DNA from: Candidatus Bathyarchaeia archaeon
GTDB taxonomy: Archaea > Thermoproteota > Bathyarchaeia > Bathyarchaeales > Bathycorpusculaceae
Direction of reading: 5' to 3'
DNA: 64,000 nucleotides
Assembly: GCA_038883655.1 (NCBI GenBank)
Contig: JAVZLQ010000004.1
Coordinates: 1 to 64,000, forward strand
The position numbers were made by a program, and so were the translations under genes. Below, piece by piece: positions 29,592-40,183 of the stretch (the first letter of the stretch is position 1; every line of letters begins with the position of its first letter). The notes beneath the pieces were generated by a model. It was not told the origin of the DNA and made no database searches. It worked only from the letters and a program-made list of their open reading frames with translations.

Positions 29592-31874
29592 CTAAACAGC
29601 GAAGAATCCACCTACAACAGCTTGACCAAACGATAGTCCGCCATCTCCAGGTGGAACCGCGTTATGAACGATGAAACGTAAGCCCGCAGCCTCAACTGTT
29701 TCCCGCATAATCTTCGTCAGTATTTCATTGCATGCAGCTCCGCCAGAAAAGCCAATTGCGTTTATGCTGTTTTCTTGCGCTTTTTTTATTGCTAGTTGCG
29801 CCAAACCTTTGGCTAGATATGCATGTGCGGAGTAAGCCAAGTTTTCTATGGGTTTCTTTCTTCTATTTTCGAAAATTTCCATGAGCATCTCCGTAGTTTT
29901 TAGAATGTTTCCATTAACTATTGGTTTTATGTTTAGTGCATCCTTGCCGTTGATGGCCACTGCTTCAAGCTTCATTGCTGGTTCGCCCTCGTATGTACGT
30001 TCATAACAAACGCCTAGAACAGCTGCGACTGCGTCTAAAACTCTTCCGCAACTGGTGGTTTGAGTTAGGCTGTTTGCTCCTTTTTCAAGCTGGTTTAGGA
30101 CTATTTGAATTTCTTTTTCGGCGTGTGGAAAATAGGCAACTTTTTCCAAGAGCCAGTTTTCTATGTTTGCTTTTTTGTGCAGAATGGCGGCCGCCATTCG
30201 AAGCGGATATTTTGTTGCCAAGTCTCCGCCGATTAATGGTTGTTTTTCGAGATGAGCCAACCGCTTGAATTCTGCGCTTTTTCTGCTGCCGAGTATTATT
30301 TCGCCTCCCCATGCCTCGCCGTCTTCGCCATAACCATAGCCGTCGCAGCATATTCCAACAATTTCTTCCACGTTGTGTTCAGCCATAAGCGCCGCGACAT
30401 GCGCATAATGATGTTGTACTTGTATCAGCTGCCAACCGTTCTGTTTTGCTAAGTCTTTGGCGAGACGGGTTGTTGTGAATTTTGGATGTAAATCGCACAC
30501 GACGGTGTCCACTTTGCTGTTCGTTAGATGGATTAGGTGTTTTGCAGCGTTTTCCAGAAACGCTCTTGTTTCAACGTTTTCCACGTCGCCGATGTGCTGG
30601 GAAACAAACGCCTTATCGCCTAACAAGATGCACGCAGTGTTGTTTAGTTCTCCACCTAATCCTAAAACGCATTTTTCCGCTTTTTCCTTTAGCATTATCG
30701 GTGCTGGCGCGTAGCCGCGTGAACGCCTTATGAAAACCAGGTTTTCGCCGTGTAAACGAACAACAGAGTCGTCGCATCTATGGGCTATTTGACGGTTATG
30801 GAATAGAAAGTAGTCAACAGTGCCGCTTAACTTCCGCAAAGCCTCATGGTTATCCTTTATTATTGGTTGGTTCGGCGGGTTAGCGCTTGTCATAACAAAT
30901 GCTACGTCATCCACATTGTCAAAGAGCATGTAATGCAAACCAGTGTACGGAAGCATGACGCCCACATTGTGCAATCCAGGGGCAACAAGGTCTGAAAGGT
31001 AATACGTGCCCTTTTTCTTCAGCAGGACTATTGGGCGAGTGTAAGACGTTAAAAGTTCAGCTTCTTTTTCGCTTATTTCTGCGAAGGTTTTTGCTGCTTC
31101 TAAACTTCTAGCCATAATCGCGAAGGGTTTTTGGCTTCTATGCTTAACTTTCCTAAGCCTTGCTAGCGGCTCATCTTTTACCGTCGAAGTTGCAACGTGA
31201 AAGCCCCCGTAACCTTTAACGGCAACTATAAAGCCTTCTGAAATGAGTTTTCCAGCCTCTCTTATCGGGTCGCTCGTCTCGACTTGTTCGCCATTAGCCG
31301 TTGTTAGGTACACTTTTGGTCCGCATTTTGGACAAGCAACTGTTTGGGCGTGAAAACGCCTGTTTAACGGGTCTTTGTATTCTTTTTGGCAGAAGCTGCA
31401 CATGTAGAAATCGCGCATTGTCGTGTTTTCGCGGTCGTAGGGCAGCCTTTTGATAATCGTGTACCTTGGACCGCAGTCCGTGCATGTTATGAAAAAGTAG
31501 TTGTAACGCGGGTCTGCTGGATCTCGCAGTTCTTTTAGGCATTCATCGCATATCGCTATGTCTGGAGGAATAACAGAACCAGAAAACTCCGCCTCTTCAG
31601 AACTCTTATAAATCGTGAAAGTTTCATACGCGTCTGCACCTTCCAACCGTTTAACCACAACTTCGTGGATTCTTGCTAGCGGTGGCTTTTTCTCCCGCAA
31701 GTCCCGCAGAAAAGCCTCTACGTTTTCTTCCGAGCCTTCAAGGAGTATTTCTACTCCAGCGTCACCGCGGTTCCTAACGTATCCCTTCAAACCGTTTTTT
31801 ACAGCTATTCGATATATGAAGGGGCGGAAGCCAACGCCTTGAACGATGCCCGCAACGTTAATTTTGACACGCAC
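29592..31874 (-). CDS. hypF: Carbamoyltransferase HypF
   Basis: GIVQGVGFRPF, two Zn fingers, QHHYAH, DGYGYG, GDGGLSFGQ. Confidence 0.97.
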   Translation of the reverse strand: MRVKINVAGIVQGVGFRPFIYRIAVKNGLKGYVRNRGDAGVEILLEGSEENVEAFLRDLREKKPPLARIHEVVVKRLEGADAYETFTIYKSSEEAEFSGSVIPPDIAICDECLKELRDPADPRYNYFFITCTDCGPRYTIIKRLPYDRENTTMRDFYMCSFCQKEYKDPLNRRFHAQTVACPKCGPKVYLTTANGEQVETSDPIREAGKLISEGFIVAVKGYGGFHVATSTVKDEPLARLRKVKHRSQKPFAIMARSLEAAKTFAEISEKEAELLTSYTRPIVLLKKKGTYYLSDLVAPGLHNVGVMLPYTGLHYMLFDNVDDVAFVMTSANPPNQPIIKDNHEALRKLSGTVDYFLFHNRQIAHRCDDSVVRLHGENLVFIRRSRGYAPAPIMLKEKAEKCVLGLGGELNNTACILLGDKAFVSQHIGDVENVETRAFLENAAKHLIHLTNSKVDTVVCDLHPKFTTTRLAKDLAKQNGWQLIQVQHHYAHVAALMAEHNVEEIVGICCDGYGYGEDGEAWGGEIILGSRKSAEFKRLAHLEKQPLIGGDLATKYPLRMAAAILHKKANIENWLLEKVAYFPHAEKEIQIVLNQLEKGANSLTQTTSCGRVLDAVAAVLGVCYERTYEGEPAMKLEAVAINGKDALNIKPIVNGNILKTTEMLMEIFENRRKKPIENLAYSAHAYLAKGLAQLAIKKAQENSINAIGFSGGAACNEILTKIMRETVEAAGLRFIVHNAVPPGDGGLSFGQAVVGGFFAV

Positions 31875-31980
31875 TTCGAATCAGCTTTTATTAGAGGAAA
31901 ACTCCACTCAATATACGTTTTGATGTTTTTAGAAAAGTTTTAATTCCGAAGTCAGTGATAGACATGCAGTGTTGATTGGA

Positions 31981-32181
31981 ATGGTTGAGGAAAAGAGGCA
32001 TGTTGGCAAGTGTTTCGATTGTGAAGGTGTCACCGAGCTTGTTGAGTTGGATGTTAAAAGGGGAACAAAAATTATGCGGTGCCAAGTTTGCGGCTTATTC
32101 CACTTTTATCAGAAGGATTTTTTGGGTAGATGGAAACTACTAAAGGTTTCAAAAAGCAGTGGTTTTGAACAGACGAAATAG
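31981..32181 (+). CDS. Small CxxC...CxxC zinc-ribbon protein
   Basis: CFDC and CQVC; occupies the intergenic gap, divergent from hypF. Confidence 0.6.
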   Translation: MVEEKRHVGKCFDCEGVTELVELDVKRGTKIMRCQVCGLFHFYQKDFLGRWKLLKVSKSSGFEQTK

Positions 32182-32187
32182 TTTTAA

Positions 32188-33930
32188 TTATTGTGTGGTT
32201 TCCGCTGCTTTTGCCTTTGCGCGTTCCTCTTCCTGCAGCACTCTCCGCAGTACTTTGCCGACCAGCGTCATTGGCAGTTCCTTTCTGAACTCCAACTCCC
32301 TTATAGCCTTGTATGGCGCAACCTTCTCGTTCACAAAATCCATAAGCTCCTTCTCTGTGGCCGTCATTCCATCCTTTAACACTATGAAGGCTTTTGGAAT
32401 TTCTCCAGCCACCGGGTCTGGTTTACCCACAACCGCGCAGAGTTTAACGGCCGGGTGCTCATAAAGCACGTCTTCAAGCTCTCTCGGGTAGACGCTGTAG
32501 CCCTTATACTTGATTAGGTCTTTCTTACGGTCTGTAATGTAAAAGTAGCCATCCTCATCCATCCTCCCAATATCGCCAGTGTAAAGCCAACCGTTCCGCA
32601 GAACATCCGCTGTTTCATCCGGCATTTTCCAATAACCCTTCATTACTTGCGGCCCCTTAACGACGAGTTCTCCAATCTCGCCTGGTGCAAGCTCTTTTTC
32701 GCCAGTTTCCACGTCCACAATCTTTGCGTCTGTGTCTGGCCATGGTATGCCTATCGAGCCTATCTTGACGGTTTTCAATGATTTGTCCAGTGGGTTGCAG
32801 TGTGTTACTGGAGAAGCCTCTGTAAGCCCATATCCCTCAACTAGTACGCCGCCAGTCACTTCCATAAACTTCTTTTGCACTTCTGGCGGTAACGGCGCGG
32901 AACCAGAAATGCAGTAGCGCACTGACCTGCAATCGTACTTGCCGAGGTCTGGATGTGCAAGAAGCATAGAATACATTGTTGGTGCTCCGCAGAAGACTGT
33001 AACCCTATATTTTTGTATAGCCTCTAACGTGCTTATTGGGTCGAATCGTGGAAGCAGAACAATTTTTCCAGCTAAGTGTATGGGCGCGTTCATGCCCGTT
33101 GTCATTCCATAAATGTGGAAGAGCGGCAAAACAGCAAGAAAAACCTCGTTTCCTTCGCGAGCGTCTTTAAACCAAGCCTTGCACATTATGGCGTTTGAAA
33201 CGAGGTTCATGTGCGTTAACATTGCGCCTTTCGCTGTTCCAGTTGTTCCGCCCGTGTACTGAAGCGCCACCAAATCCTCTTTCGGGTTAATATCCACGCT
33301 TGGCGGTTTCGCCTCATACTTATTCACGAGCTCTTTGAAGAAGTAAACGTTTGGTTTACGCTCAACTTTGTGCGAGGGAATTTTTCCAAGCAGCGAGCCA
33401 AGAAAGGCTTTAGTTGAGGGCATATAGTCCTTAAGCCCAGTCACAATTACGTGTTTCAGCTTTGTTTTCACCCAAACCTTTTCAATCGTCGGGTAAAGCA
33501 TGTCCAAAACAACGATTGTTTCGGCTTCAGAATCGTTTAGCTGATGCTCCACTTCCCGCTCCTTATACAGTGGGCTTATGGCGGTTACAACTGCTCCGGT
33601 TTTTATTGCTCCATAATATGCCATTACAAACTGTGGAATGTTTGGGAGGTAAATTGCCACTTTGTCGCCCTTTTTAACTCCCAAATCAGTCAGCGCGGCT
33701 GCAAACTTGTCTGTAAGTGAATCCAACTCCTTGTAGGTTATTTTATTGTCAAAGTAAACAAGCGCAATGTTATTTGGATACTTCTCAGCGCTTTTCCTTA
33801 AAAACTCGAAAAGCGGAATCTCCGGATAATCAATGTGCGTTGGAACCCCTTCAGGCCAAACCTTCAACCAAGGCTTTTCCAAAGGCTTTTCGACTTTTTT
33901 CACTTTCTCTTTCTTTTTTCTTGGAGACAT
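32188..33930 (-). CDS. fadD: Long-chain fatty acid--CoA ligase (AMP-forming)
   Basis: QYTGGTTG..KG, EGYGLTE, GWLYTGD, PMTLVGK. Confidence 0.92.
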   Translation of the reverse strand: MSPRKKKEKVKKVEKPLEKPWLKVWPEGVPTHIDYPEIPLFEFLRKSAEKYPNNIALVYFDNKITYKELDSLTDKFAAALTDLGVKKGDKVAIYLPNIPQFVMAYYGAIKTGAVVTAISPLYKEREVEHQLNDSEAETIVVLDMLYPTIEKVWVKTKLKHVIVTGLKDYMPSTKAFLGSLLGKIPSHKVERKPNVYFFKELVNKYEAKPPSVDINPKEDLVALQYTGGTTGTAKGAMLTHMNLVSNAIMCKAWFKDAREGNEVFLAVLPLFHIYGMTTGMNAPIHLAGKIVLLPRFDPISTLEAIQKYRVTVFCGAPTMYSMLLAHPDLGKYDCRSVRYCISGSAPLPPEVQKKFMEVTGGVLVEGYGLTEASPVTHCNPLDKSLKTVKIGSIGIPWPDTDAKIVDVETGEKELAPGEIGELVVKGPQVMKGYWKMPDETADVLRNGWLYTGDIGRMDEDGYFYITDRKKDLIKYKGYSVYPRELEDVLYEHPAVKLCAVVGKPDPVAGEIPKAFIVLKDGMTATEKELMDFVNEKVAPYKAIRELEFRKELPMTLVGKVLRRVLQEEERAKAKAAETTQ

Positions 33931-34033
33931 AAGGTTTTTCAACCATTTCTGAATATGCAACTAAAGGTTATAATAACACTTTCCATAAATGGACTCATTT
34001 GAAAGCGAGAAAGGTGAAAATACTGGATTGTGG

Positions 34034-34465
34034 CTATGGTGGTGAAACAAACTCATATGTTAGGTTTCCTTCTTGCGTAACTTTAGCCGTGAGCTTAACT
34101 TTCATGCCAACCTTGACCTGTGAAAGCTTGAATCCCGTAAGCCATGCGAGCACCCTAACGCCTTCTTTGAGTTTTCCGATAGCCACGGTGTATGGTTTGT
34201 TCTGTTGGAAGGATGTTGGTCTAACAACAACATGCGTAAAGGTTTCGATTTCCGCCTCGCTGCTCAGTTCTATCCATTCCATGTTTGATGTTAGGCATTC
34301 TGGGCAATCTGCTGCTGGTGGGAAATATGTTTTTCCACATTTTGTGCATTTTGTTGCGTAAACTTTTCCTTCTTTTAAGCCTTCCCAGAATTTCAAAGTC
34401 TTGCTTATCGGTATGTCCTGCACGATTTTGATCTCTCTCGATTTTATTGATGGCATAGTCGACAT
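34034..34465 (-). CDS. DUF35 Zn-ribbon/OB-fold thiolase partner
   Basis: FWEGL, CTKCG..YFPP...CPEC, OB fold; adjacent to thiolase. Confidence 0.9.
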   Translation of the reverse strand: MSTMPSIKSREIKIVQDIPISKTLKFWEGLKEGKVYATKCTKCGKTYFPPAADCPECLTSNMEWIELSSEAEIETFTHVVVRPTSFQQNKPYTVAIGKLKEGVRVLAWLTGFKLSQVKVGMKVKLTAKVTQEGNLTYEFVSPP

Positions 34466-34470
34466 ACCTT

Positions 34471-35643
34471 CTACCTCCTTAAAATTGTCACATAACAGTA
34501 GTGTCCAGTTCCGCCCACATTATGCGCCAGTCCAACGTAATTTTTAAGTGGAACCTGCCTACCCTTTTCGATGGCTTCTCCTCTAAGCTGTTTTGTTACC
34601 TCGTATATCATTGAGCATCCAGTTGTGCCTATCGGGTGTCCCTTCGCTTTTAATCCTCCGTCCATGTTTACTGGGATTTTTCCGCCGATTTCTGTTTGTC
34701 CTTCGCGGATTAGTTTTGCTCCTTCGCCCTTGCTGCAGAACCCAAGGTCTTCGTAAGCCATTATCTCGGCTATTGTAAAGCAGTCATGAACCACCGCAAA
34801 GTCAACTTGGTTTGGTGTTATCCCAGCAATTTTATATGCCATCTTCGCGGCGTGAACACTTGCCTCTAAACCAACGTAGTCCAGTCTTTTGCTCAGGTTT
34901 GCTGTTCCGGAAGAATAGCCTACACCAGCAACCCAAACTGGCGTGTCAATGCCCAACTGCCTAACCTTCTCTTCTGAGGCGAGAACAATTGCTGCTGAGC
35001 CATCAGTCATTGGGCAGCAGTCGAAAAGTTTGAGCGGCGAAGAGATAACCATCGAGGATAGCACATCATCAATCGTTATTTGATTTCGCAAGTGTGCAAG
35101 CGGGTTCATAGAAGCGTACTTATGGTTTTTGACAGCTACCAAAGCCAAGTCCTCTTCTGTTGTTCCGAACTTTGCCATGTGCGCCGTAGCATACAACGCA
35201 TAATACGCGGGGAAAGTCATTCCAAAATTGTGGAACTCCCAAAGGTAGTAGCCAGCCCTCCCAATCCACTCCATGGCTGTAGGCGTATCAATTTCACGCA
35301 TTTTCTCAACACCCAAGGCCATGGCGATTTCCGCTTGACCACTGGCAACAGCCGAATAAGCCGTGAAAAAGGCAGCGCTGCCGCTTGCACACGCTGCTTC
35401 GCATCGAACCAAACCAGCTTTTGTTAAACCACAATATTCCGCAGCAACAACTGCTGGGAGAAGCTCCTCATACCATGCGCCAGCGCCAACAGAGCCTAAA
35501 GCTACAAACTCTACGTCTTTGGCGGTTATTCCCGCGTCTTCAAGTGATGGCTTAACCGCCTCAAATGCCAGTTCAGCGACATTCACATCGTTTCTAACCC
35601 CAAACTTGGAGTTTCCAACCCCTATAACTGCAACTTTCTTCAT
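34471..35643 (-). CDS. Thiolase (SCP2/archaeal type acetyl-CoA acyltransferase)
   Basis: EAACASG, HDCF, KAKGHPIG, HNVGG. Confidence 0.93.
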   Translation of the reverse strand: MKKVAVIGVGNSKFGVRNDVNVAELAFEAVKPSLEDAGITAKDVEFVALGSVGAGAWYEELLPAVVAAEYCGLTKAGLVRCEAACASGSAAFFTAYSAVASGQAEIAMALGVEKMREIDTPTAMEWIGRAGYYLWEFHNFGMTFPAYYALYATAHMAKFGTTEEDLALVAVKNHKYASMNPLAHLRNQITIDDVLSSMVISSPLKLFDCCPMTDGSAAIVLASEEKVRQLGIDTPVWVAGVGYSSGTANLSKRLDYVGLEASVHAAKMAYKIAGITPNQVDFAVVHDCFTIAEIMAYEDLGFCSKGEGAKLIREGQTEIGGKIPVNMDGGLKAKGHPIGTTGCSMIYEVTKQLRGEAIEKGRQVPLKNYVGLAHNVGGTGHYCYVTILRR

Positions 35644-35712
35644 GTTAACACCACTCAATTTTGAAGCAAATTTTGATTGTGAAAAAAATGGAAAAGGGAT
35701 TATTTGACGCTT

Positions 35713-36501
35713 TTATTTGCCTTTGAATTCCGCCTTGCGTCTCGACATGAATGCTTCTACACCTTCTTTTAGGTCTTCAGTTGAAAATGTTAAGCCCATA
35801 AGCCCAGATTCTAGGCGTAAGCCGACCTCCAACGGCACTTGTGTTCCAAAGTTTAAGGCGTGCTTCGCATAGCGCATCGCTATTGGTGGTCCCTCTGCAA
35901 GCCTATTCGCTAAGGCTCTAACTTCATCCCTTAACTTATCAAAATGTACAACTTTATGAACTAAACCTATTTTTAGTGCTTCTTCTGCTTTAATGCGTTC
36001 GCCGAGCATAACCATTTCCTTAGCTTTGGCTAAACCCACGATTCTGACGAGCCTTTGTGTTCCGCCCCATCCTGGAATTAAGCCTAACGCTATTTCTGGG
36101 CTTCCCAGTTCTGCGTGTTCTGCTGCCACTCTGAAATCGCATGCCAATGCGAGTTCTAGTCCTCCGCCTAGGGCGAATCCGTTTATCGCCGCGATTACTG
36201 GTTTTGACATTTCCTCTATTTTTCCGAAGATTTTCTGTCCAAACCTTGAGAACTCTTCGGCTTTTGCCGGCGTTGCCTTTGGAAACATTGTTACATCTGC
36301 GCCTGCGCTGAAAGCCCTATCGCCTTCGCCAGTTATTACTACGCACTTGACTGATGGGTCTTTTTCTGCCGTGTCTAATACATCGCCGAGTTCTTCGAGC
36401 ATGACGTCGTTGAAGGTGTTTAGCCTATGCGCTCTGCTGAGTATTATCCACAAAACGCTTTGTTCTCTTTCCACCTTTATTGTTTCGTATGCTTTACTCA
36501 T
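35713..36501 (-). CDS. Enoyl-CoA hydratase
   Basis: FSAGAD, ALGGGLEL, PEIALGLIPGWGGTQRL. Confidence 0.93.
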   Translation of the reverse strand: MSKAYETIKVEREQSVLWIILSRAHRLNTFNDVMLEELGDVLDTAEKDPSVKCVVITGEGDRAFSAGADVTMFPKATPAKAEEFSRFGQKIFGKIEEMSKPVIAAINGFALGGGLELALACDFRVAAEHAELGSPEIALGLIPGWGGTQRLVRIVGLAKAKEMVMLGERIKAEEALKIGLVHKVVHFDKLRDEVRALANRLAEGPPIAMRYAKHALNFGTQVPLEVGLRLESGLMGLTFSTEDLKEGVEAFMSRRKAEFKGK

Positions 36502-36561
36502 ATTTTCACCACGCACAAACTTTGTTGTGCATAATTATTATCGTTTTTCTTTTTCATATTT

Positions 36562-37716
36562 CTAGAATTTCCGCAGCAGATACTTCAGCACCGTGAGTTT
36601 CTGAATTTCGCTTGTTCCCTCATAGATTTCGGTTATTTTTGCATCTCTATGATAACGCTCAACGCGGTAATCGCCCAGATACCCGTACCCGCCAAGAGTT
36701 TGTATTGCGAAGTCTGTGACTTCCATTGCCACGCGGCTTGCGTACTGTTTAGCCATGGCTGTTGCCATCGGGTCCATTTTTCCAACGTCTATGAGCCAAG
36801 CAGCCCTGTATGTTAGCCATCTTGCCGCCTCAATTTTTGTCATTGCTTCTGCTAGTCCACAACCTATCAGTTCATGTTGTAGTATTGGCTGTCCGAAGGC
36901 TTCTCTTTGTTTTGCGTATTTGAACGCTATTTCCCACGCGCCTTGAGCCATTCCAACTGCTTGGGCTGCTACGCCTACTCTTGTTTTGTCGAAGAACTCC
37001 ATTGAATGGTAAAATCCCCTGTTTAATTCGCCTACTATGTTTGTGTCTGTCACTTTTACATTGTCAAATTTTACTTCGCCAGTTACTGAGCATCTAATTC
37101 CCATCTTGTTGTGCAGTTTTGTTGTTTCAAGTCCCGGTGTGCCTTTGTCCACCACGAAGAGCGTTTCACCTCTGTACGTTGGTCTCACTTTTGTGTCTGT
37201 TTGTGTTAGGACGATTATGAAGTCGGCGATCGTTGCGTTTGTTATGAAGGTTTTTGTTCCGTTTATCCACCATTCGCTTCCATATTTTGTGGCTGTTGTT
37301 TCCATGCGCGTTATGTCGCTTCCGCTTACATTTGGCTCTGTGAAGGCCGCTGCTGAGAGGAATTCGCCTTTACAAATTGGCGGTAAATATTTTTCCTTTT
37401 GCTCCTTTGTTCCATAAGAAAGTATTAGTTCGCTTCCGAAGTTTCCGCTTGAAACGGCTACGCCAAGTGATGAGTCTGCTCTACACATTTCTTCGATAAC
37501 TAGGCACGTTTCAAGTAGTCCATAGCCTTGTCCACCATACTCTTCTGGGAAAAACATGCTTGTAAAGCCTAGCTGTGCCGCTTTCTTGTATATTTCCATT
37601 GGAAATTCCTCTTTTCTGTCAAGTTCGAGGGCTATTTCTGGTTTGAACTCTTTTTGGCAGAACTCCCTAACTGCGTTTACAATTCCAATGTGTTCTTCTG
37701 TCAATTCAAACTTCAA
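36562..37716 (-). CDS. Acyl-CoA dehydrogenase
   Basis: FTEP..GSD, NGTKTFITN, KMGIR, REAFG, GGYGY, IYEGT; TTG start overlaps the upstream stop. Confidence 0.95.
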   Translation of the reverse strand: MKFELTEEHIGIVNAVREFCQKEFKPEIALELDRKEEFPMEIYKKAAQLGFTSMFFPEEYGGQGYGLLETCLVIEEMCRADSSLGVAVSSGNFGSELILSYGTKEQKEKYLPPICKGEFLSAAAFTEPNVSGSDITRMETTATKYGSEWWINGTKTFITNATIADFIIVLTQTDTKVRPTYRGETLFVVDKGTPGLETTKLHNKMGIRCSVTGEVKFDNVKVTDTNIVGELNRGFYHSMEFFDKTRVGVAAQAVGMAQGAWEIAFKYAKQREAFGQPILQHELIGCGLAEAMTKIEAARWLTYRAAWLIDVGKMDPMATAMAKQYASRVAMEVTDFAIQTLGGYGYLGDYRVERYHRDAKITEIYEGTSEIQKLTVLKYLLRKF

Positions 37717-38903
37717 TGGTAGAACCCCCTTCCAGCTTTTTTGCCAGTCCAACCCTTGCTAACGTAATCTTCAAGCAGTGGACATGGCTTATACATTTCC
37801 ATGTTATATTTCGAGTATAACTCCTTCAACCTATCCAATATAATATCTAAGCCTACTCTGTCAGCGTACTCGCACGGGCCTGAAGGCCAATAAGTGCCAA
37901 GCTTCATTCCAGTATCTATATCCTCTGGATTTGCTGCGTCGTCGTGGATGAGCCACGCGGCTTCGTTTGCTGCTACTGCCCATGACCTTTCGACATCGTA
38001 CTCCTCGAGTAAGTTGAATGGTATGCGTGGTCTTCCTTTCGTCCAGTCGTAGAAGCCGACGCCTGTTTTTTGTCCGAATTTGCGTTCCTTTATTAGTGGT
38101 TCTATAACTTCTATGCATGGCTTCATTCTTTCGCCATAAGCCTCATACAATATTTTTCCGACTTCGTAGGCTATGTCAAGCCCCACAAAGTCTGCAAGTT
38201 CAAACCATCCCATTGGAAAACCGCCAGTATATTTCACTGAAGCATCTATCCCCTCCTTTGTTGCTTCTCCTCTGCGATAAGCCCAAAACGCCTCGTTGAA
38301 AACTGCACCTAAAATTCTGTTTACTATAAAGCCCCTAATGTCCTTTCGTACCGTTACTGGTGTTTTTCCAAGTTTTTTAGCGAGTTCTACAAGCGTGTTT
38401 AGCGTCTCTTGGCTTGTTTCTTCGCCCTTTATCACTTCCACCAGAGCCATAAGTTGCGGCGGGTTGAAGAAGTGCATTCCAGCAACCTTGTCTGGGCGTT
38501 TTGTGGCTCTTCCCATTTCTGTTATGCTAAGTGTTGAGGTGTTTGACGCTAAAATTGCGTGTGGCGGCGCTATAGAGTCCAATGTTGCAAAAACCTTCTT
38601 TTTTAGGTCTATGTTCTCTGGAACCGCCTCTATGGCAAGATCTATGTCCTTCGCGGCTTGCTCATAACTTGTTGTTGTGCTTATCCTAGCCAACGTAGCG
38701 TCAGCATCTTCCCGCCTAATCCTTTTCTTTTCAACAAACTTATCTAGGCTCCACCTAATTTTTTCAATCCCTTTTTGGAGAAATTCTTCACTTATGTCAA
38801 CCATCGTGACCGTGTGCCCATTCATGGCAAGAAGCTGCGCGATTCCATGCCCCATCGCCCCAGAACCGATAACAGCCGCTTTTTGAATGTTCCCAACAGA
38901 CAA
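37713..38903 (-). CDS. 3-hydroxyacyl-CoA dehydrogenase (duplicated C-terminal domain)
   Basis: GSGAMGHG, IEAVPE, ASNTS, GMHFFNP, GFIVNR. Confidence 0.94.
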   Translation of the reverse strand: MSVGNIQKAAVIGSGAMGHGIAQLLAMNGHTVTMVDISEEFLQKGIEKIRWSLDKFVEKKRIRREDADATLARISTTTSYEQAAKDIDLAIEAVPENIDLKKKVFATLDSIAPPHAILASNTSTLSITEMGRATKRPDKVAGMHFFNPPQLMALVEVIKGEETSQETLNTLVELAKKLGKTPVTVRKDIRGFIVNRILGAVFNEAFWAYRRGEATKEGIDASVKYTGGFPMGWFELADFVGLDIAYEVGKILYEAYGERMKPCIEVIEPLIKERKFGQKTGVGFYDWTKGRPRIPFNLLEEYDVERSWAVAANEAAWLIHDDAANPEDIDTGMKLGTYWPSGPCEYADRVGLDIILDRLKELYSKYNMEMYKPCPLLEDYVSKGWTGKKAGRGFYH

Positions 38904-39003
38904 AATGCTTCCTCCTTTTTGAGAAATATAAGTAATATTGAAAGCGTATAAAAGCTTTGAAACTATGTATTAATTGTGGATTGAAAAGAGAAAAGCAAAA
39001 TGG

Positions 39004-40158
39004 CTATGCTTGTTTCTGTAAGAAGTTAATTATAGTGAGTTTTTGAACTTCAGTTGTTCCTTCATAGATTTCTGTTATCTTCGCACAACGGTGAAAACGT
39101 TCCACGTGGTAGTCTGCTAGATAACCGTATCCGCCGAGAATCTGTATAGCATCGTCAGTTACCTCCATTGCCACGCGGCTTGCGTATGCTTTAGCCATTG
39201 ATGTCGCTGCCGGGTTCGGCTTTTCTTTATCGTAGAGCCAAGCTGCCTTATACGTCATTAGGCGCGCTGCTTCGATTTTCATTGCCATTTCAGCCAGCTT
39301 AAACGACACGCCTTGAAAGTTTATTATTGGTTGACCGAACTGTTTTCGTGTTTTCGCATAGTTTAATGCGCGTTCAAAGGCGCCTTGAGCCATTCCGACG
39401 GCTTGAGCTGCAACTGTTATGCGTGTTCCATCGAAAAGTTCTAAGGTGTAATAGAATCCCTTGTTTAATTCGCCTACAAGATTTGTTTCTGGCACCCTTA
39501 AGTCAGAGAGCGCAAGCGATCCCGTGACACATGGTTTTATGCCCATTTTTCCATGCAGTTTTGTCACGTCTAACCCTGGCATGCCCTTTTCCGCCAAGAA
39601 AAGGCTTTGTCCACGGTGTGGCGGTTGCGCGTTGGGGTCTGTTTGGCACAGTATTATGAAGGTGTCTGCTATCGGCGCGTTTGTTATGAACTGTTTGTCG
39701 CCGTTTATAATCCATTCATTTCCGCTTTTCACGGCTGTCGTGTTCATACGTGTTATGTCGCTTCCATGTTCTGGCTCCGTGAAGGCTGCAGCAGCTATTT
39801 TTTCGCCTTTCGCCAGTGGCGGAATGTACTTTTCTTTTTGCTGTTCTGTGCCATGTTTCAGCAGCACATCTGGAACCATGAGGTTTCCTAGGGACACCGC
39901 CACGCCTAAGCCCGGGTCTACTCGGCAAAATTCTTCTACGACTATGCATTCTTCTAGTACGCCGTAGCCTTGTCCGCCGTATTCTTGTGGGATGCGCATG
40001 CTTGTAAATCCAAGTTGGGCAGCCTTCTTGTACAGTGCCATTGGAAACTCTTCTTTCTGGTCGTATTCCAAGGCGAGTTCTGGCGTAAACTCCTTTTCTG
40101 CGAATTCGCGTGCTGCCTTCTTTATTTCAAGCTGTTCTGCTGTTAGTTTAAACTCCAT
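39004..40158 (-). CDS. Acyl-CoA dehydrogenase
   Basis: FTEPEHGSD, FITN, RKQFG, GGYGY, IYEGT. Confidence 0.95.
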   Translation of the reverse strand: MEFKLTAEQLEIKKAAREFAEKEFTPELALEYDQKEEFPMALYKKAAQLGFTSMRIPQEYGGQGYGVLEECIVVEEFCRVDPGLGVAVSLGNLMVPDVLLKHGTEQQKEKYIPPLAKGEKIAAAAFTEPEHGSDITRMNTTAVKSGNEWIINGDKQFITNAPIADTFIILCQTDPNAQPPHRGQSLFLAEKGMPGLDVTKLHGKMGIKPCVTGSLALSDLRVPETNLVGELNKGFYYTLELFDGTRITVAAQAVGMAQGAFERALNYAKTRKQFGQPIINFQGVSFKLAEMAMKIEAARLMTYKAAWLYDKEKPNPAATSMAKAYASRVAMEVTDDAIQILGGYGYLADYHVERFHRCAKITEIYEGTTEVQKLTIINFLQKQA

Positions 40159-40183
40159 TTTTGGATTTCCTCCTACCGTAATT

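Noticed and set aside
36562-40158. Shared nucleotide stretches between the two acyl-CoA dehydrogenase genes as a mobile repeat
   Set aside because: They are explained by ordinary paralogy of two equal-length genes.
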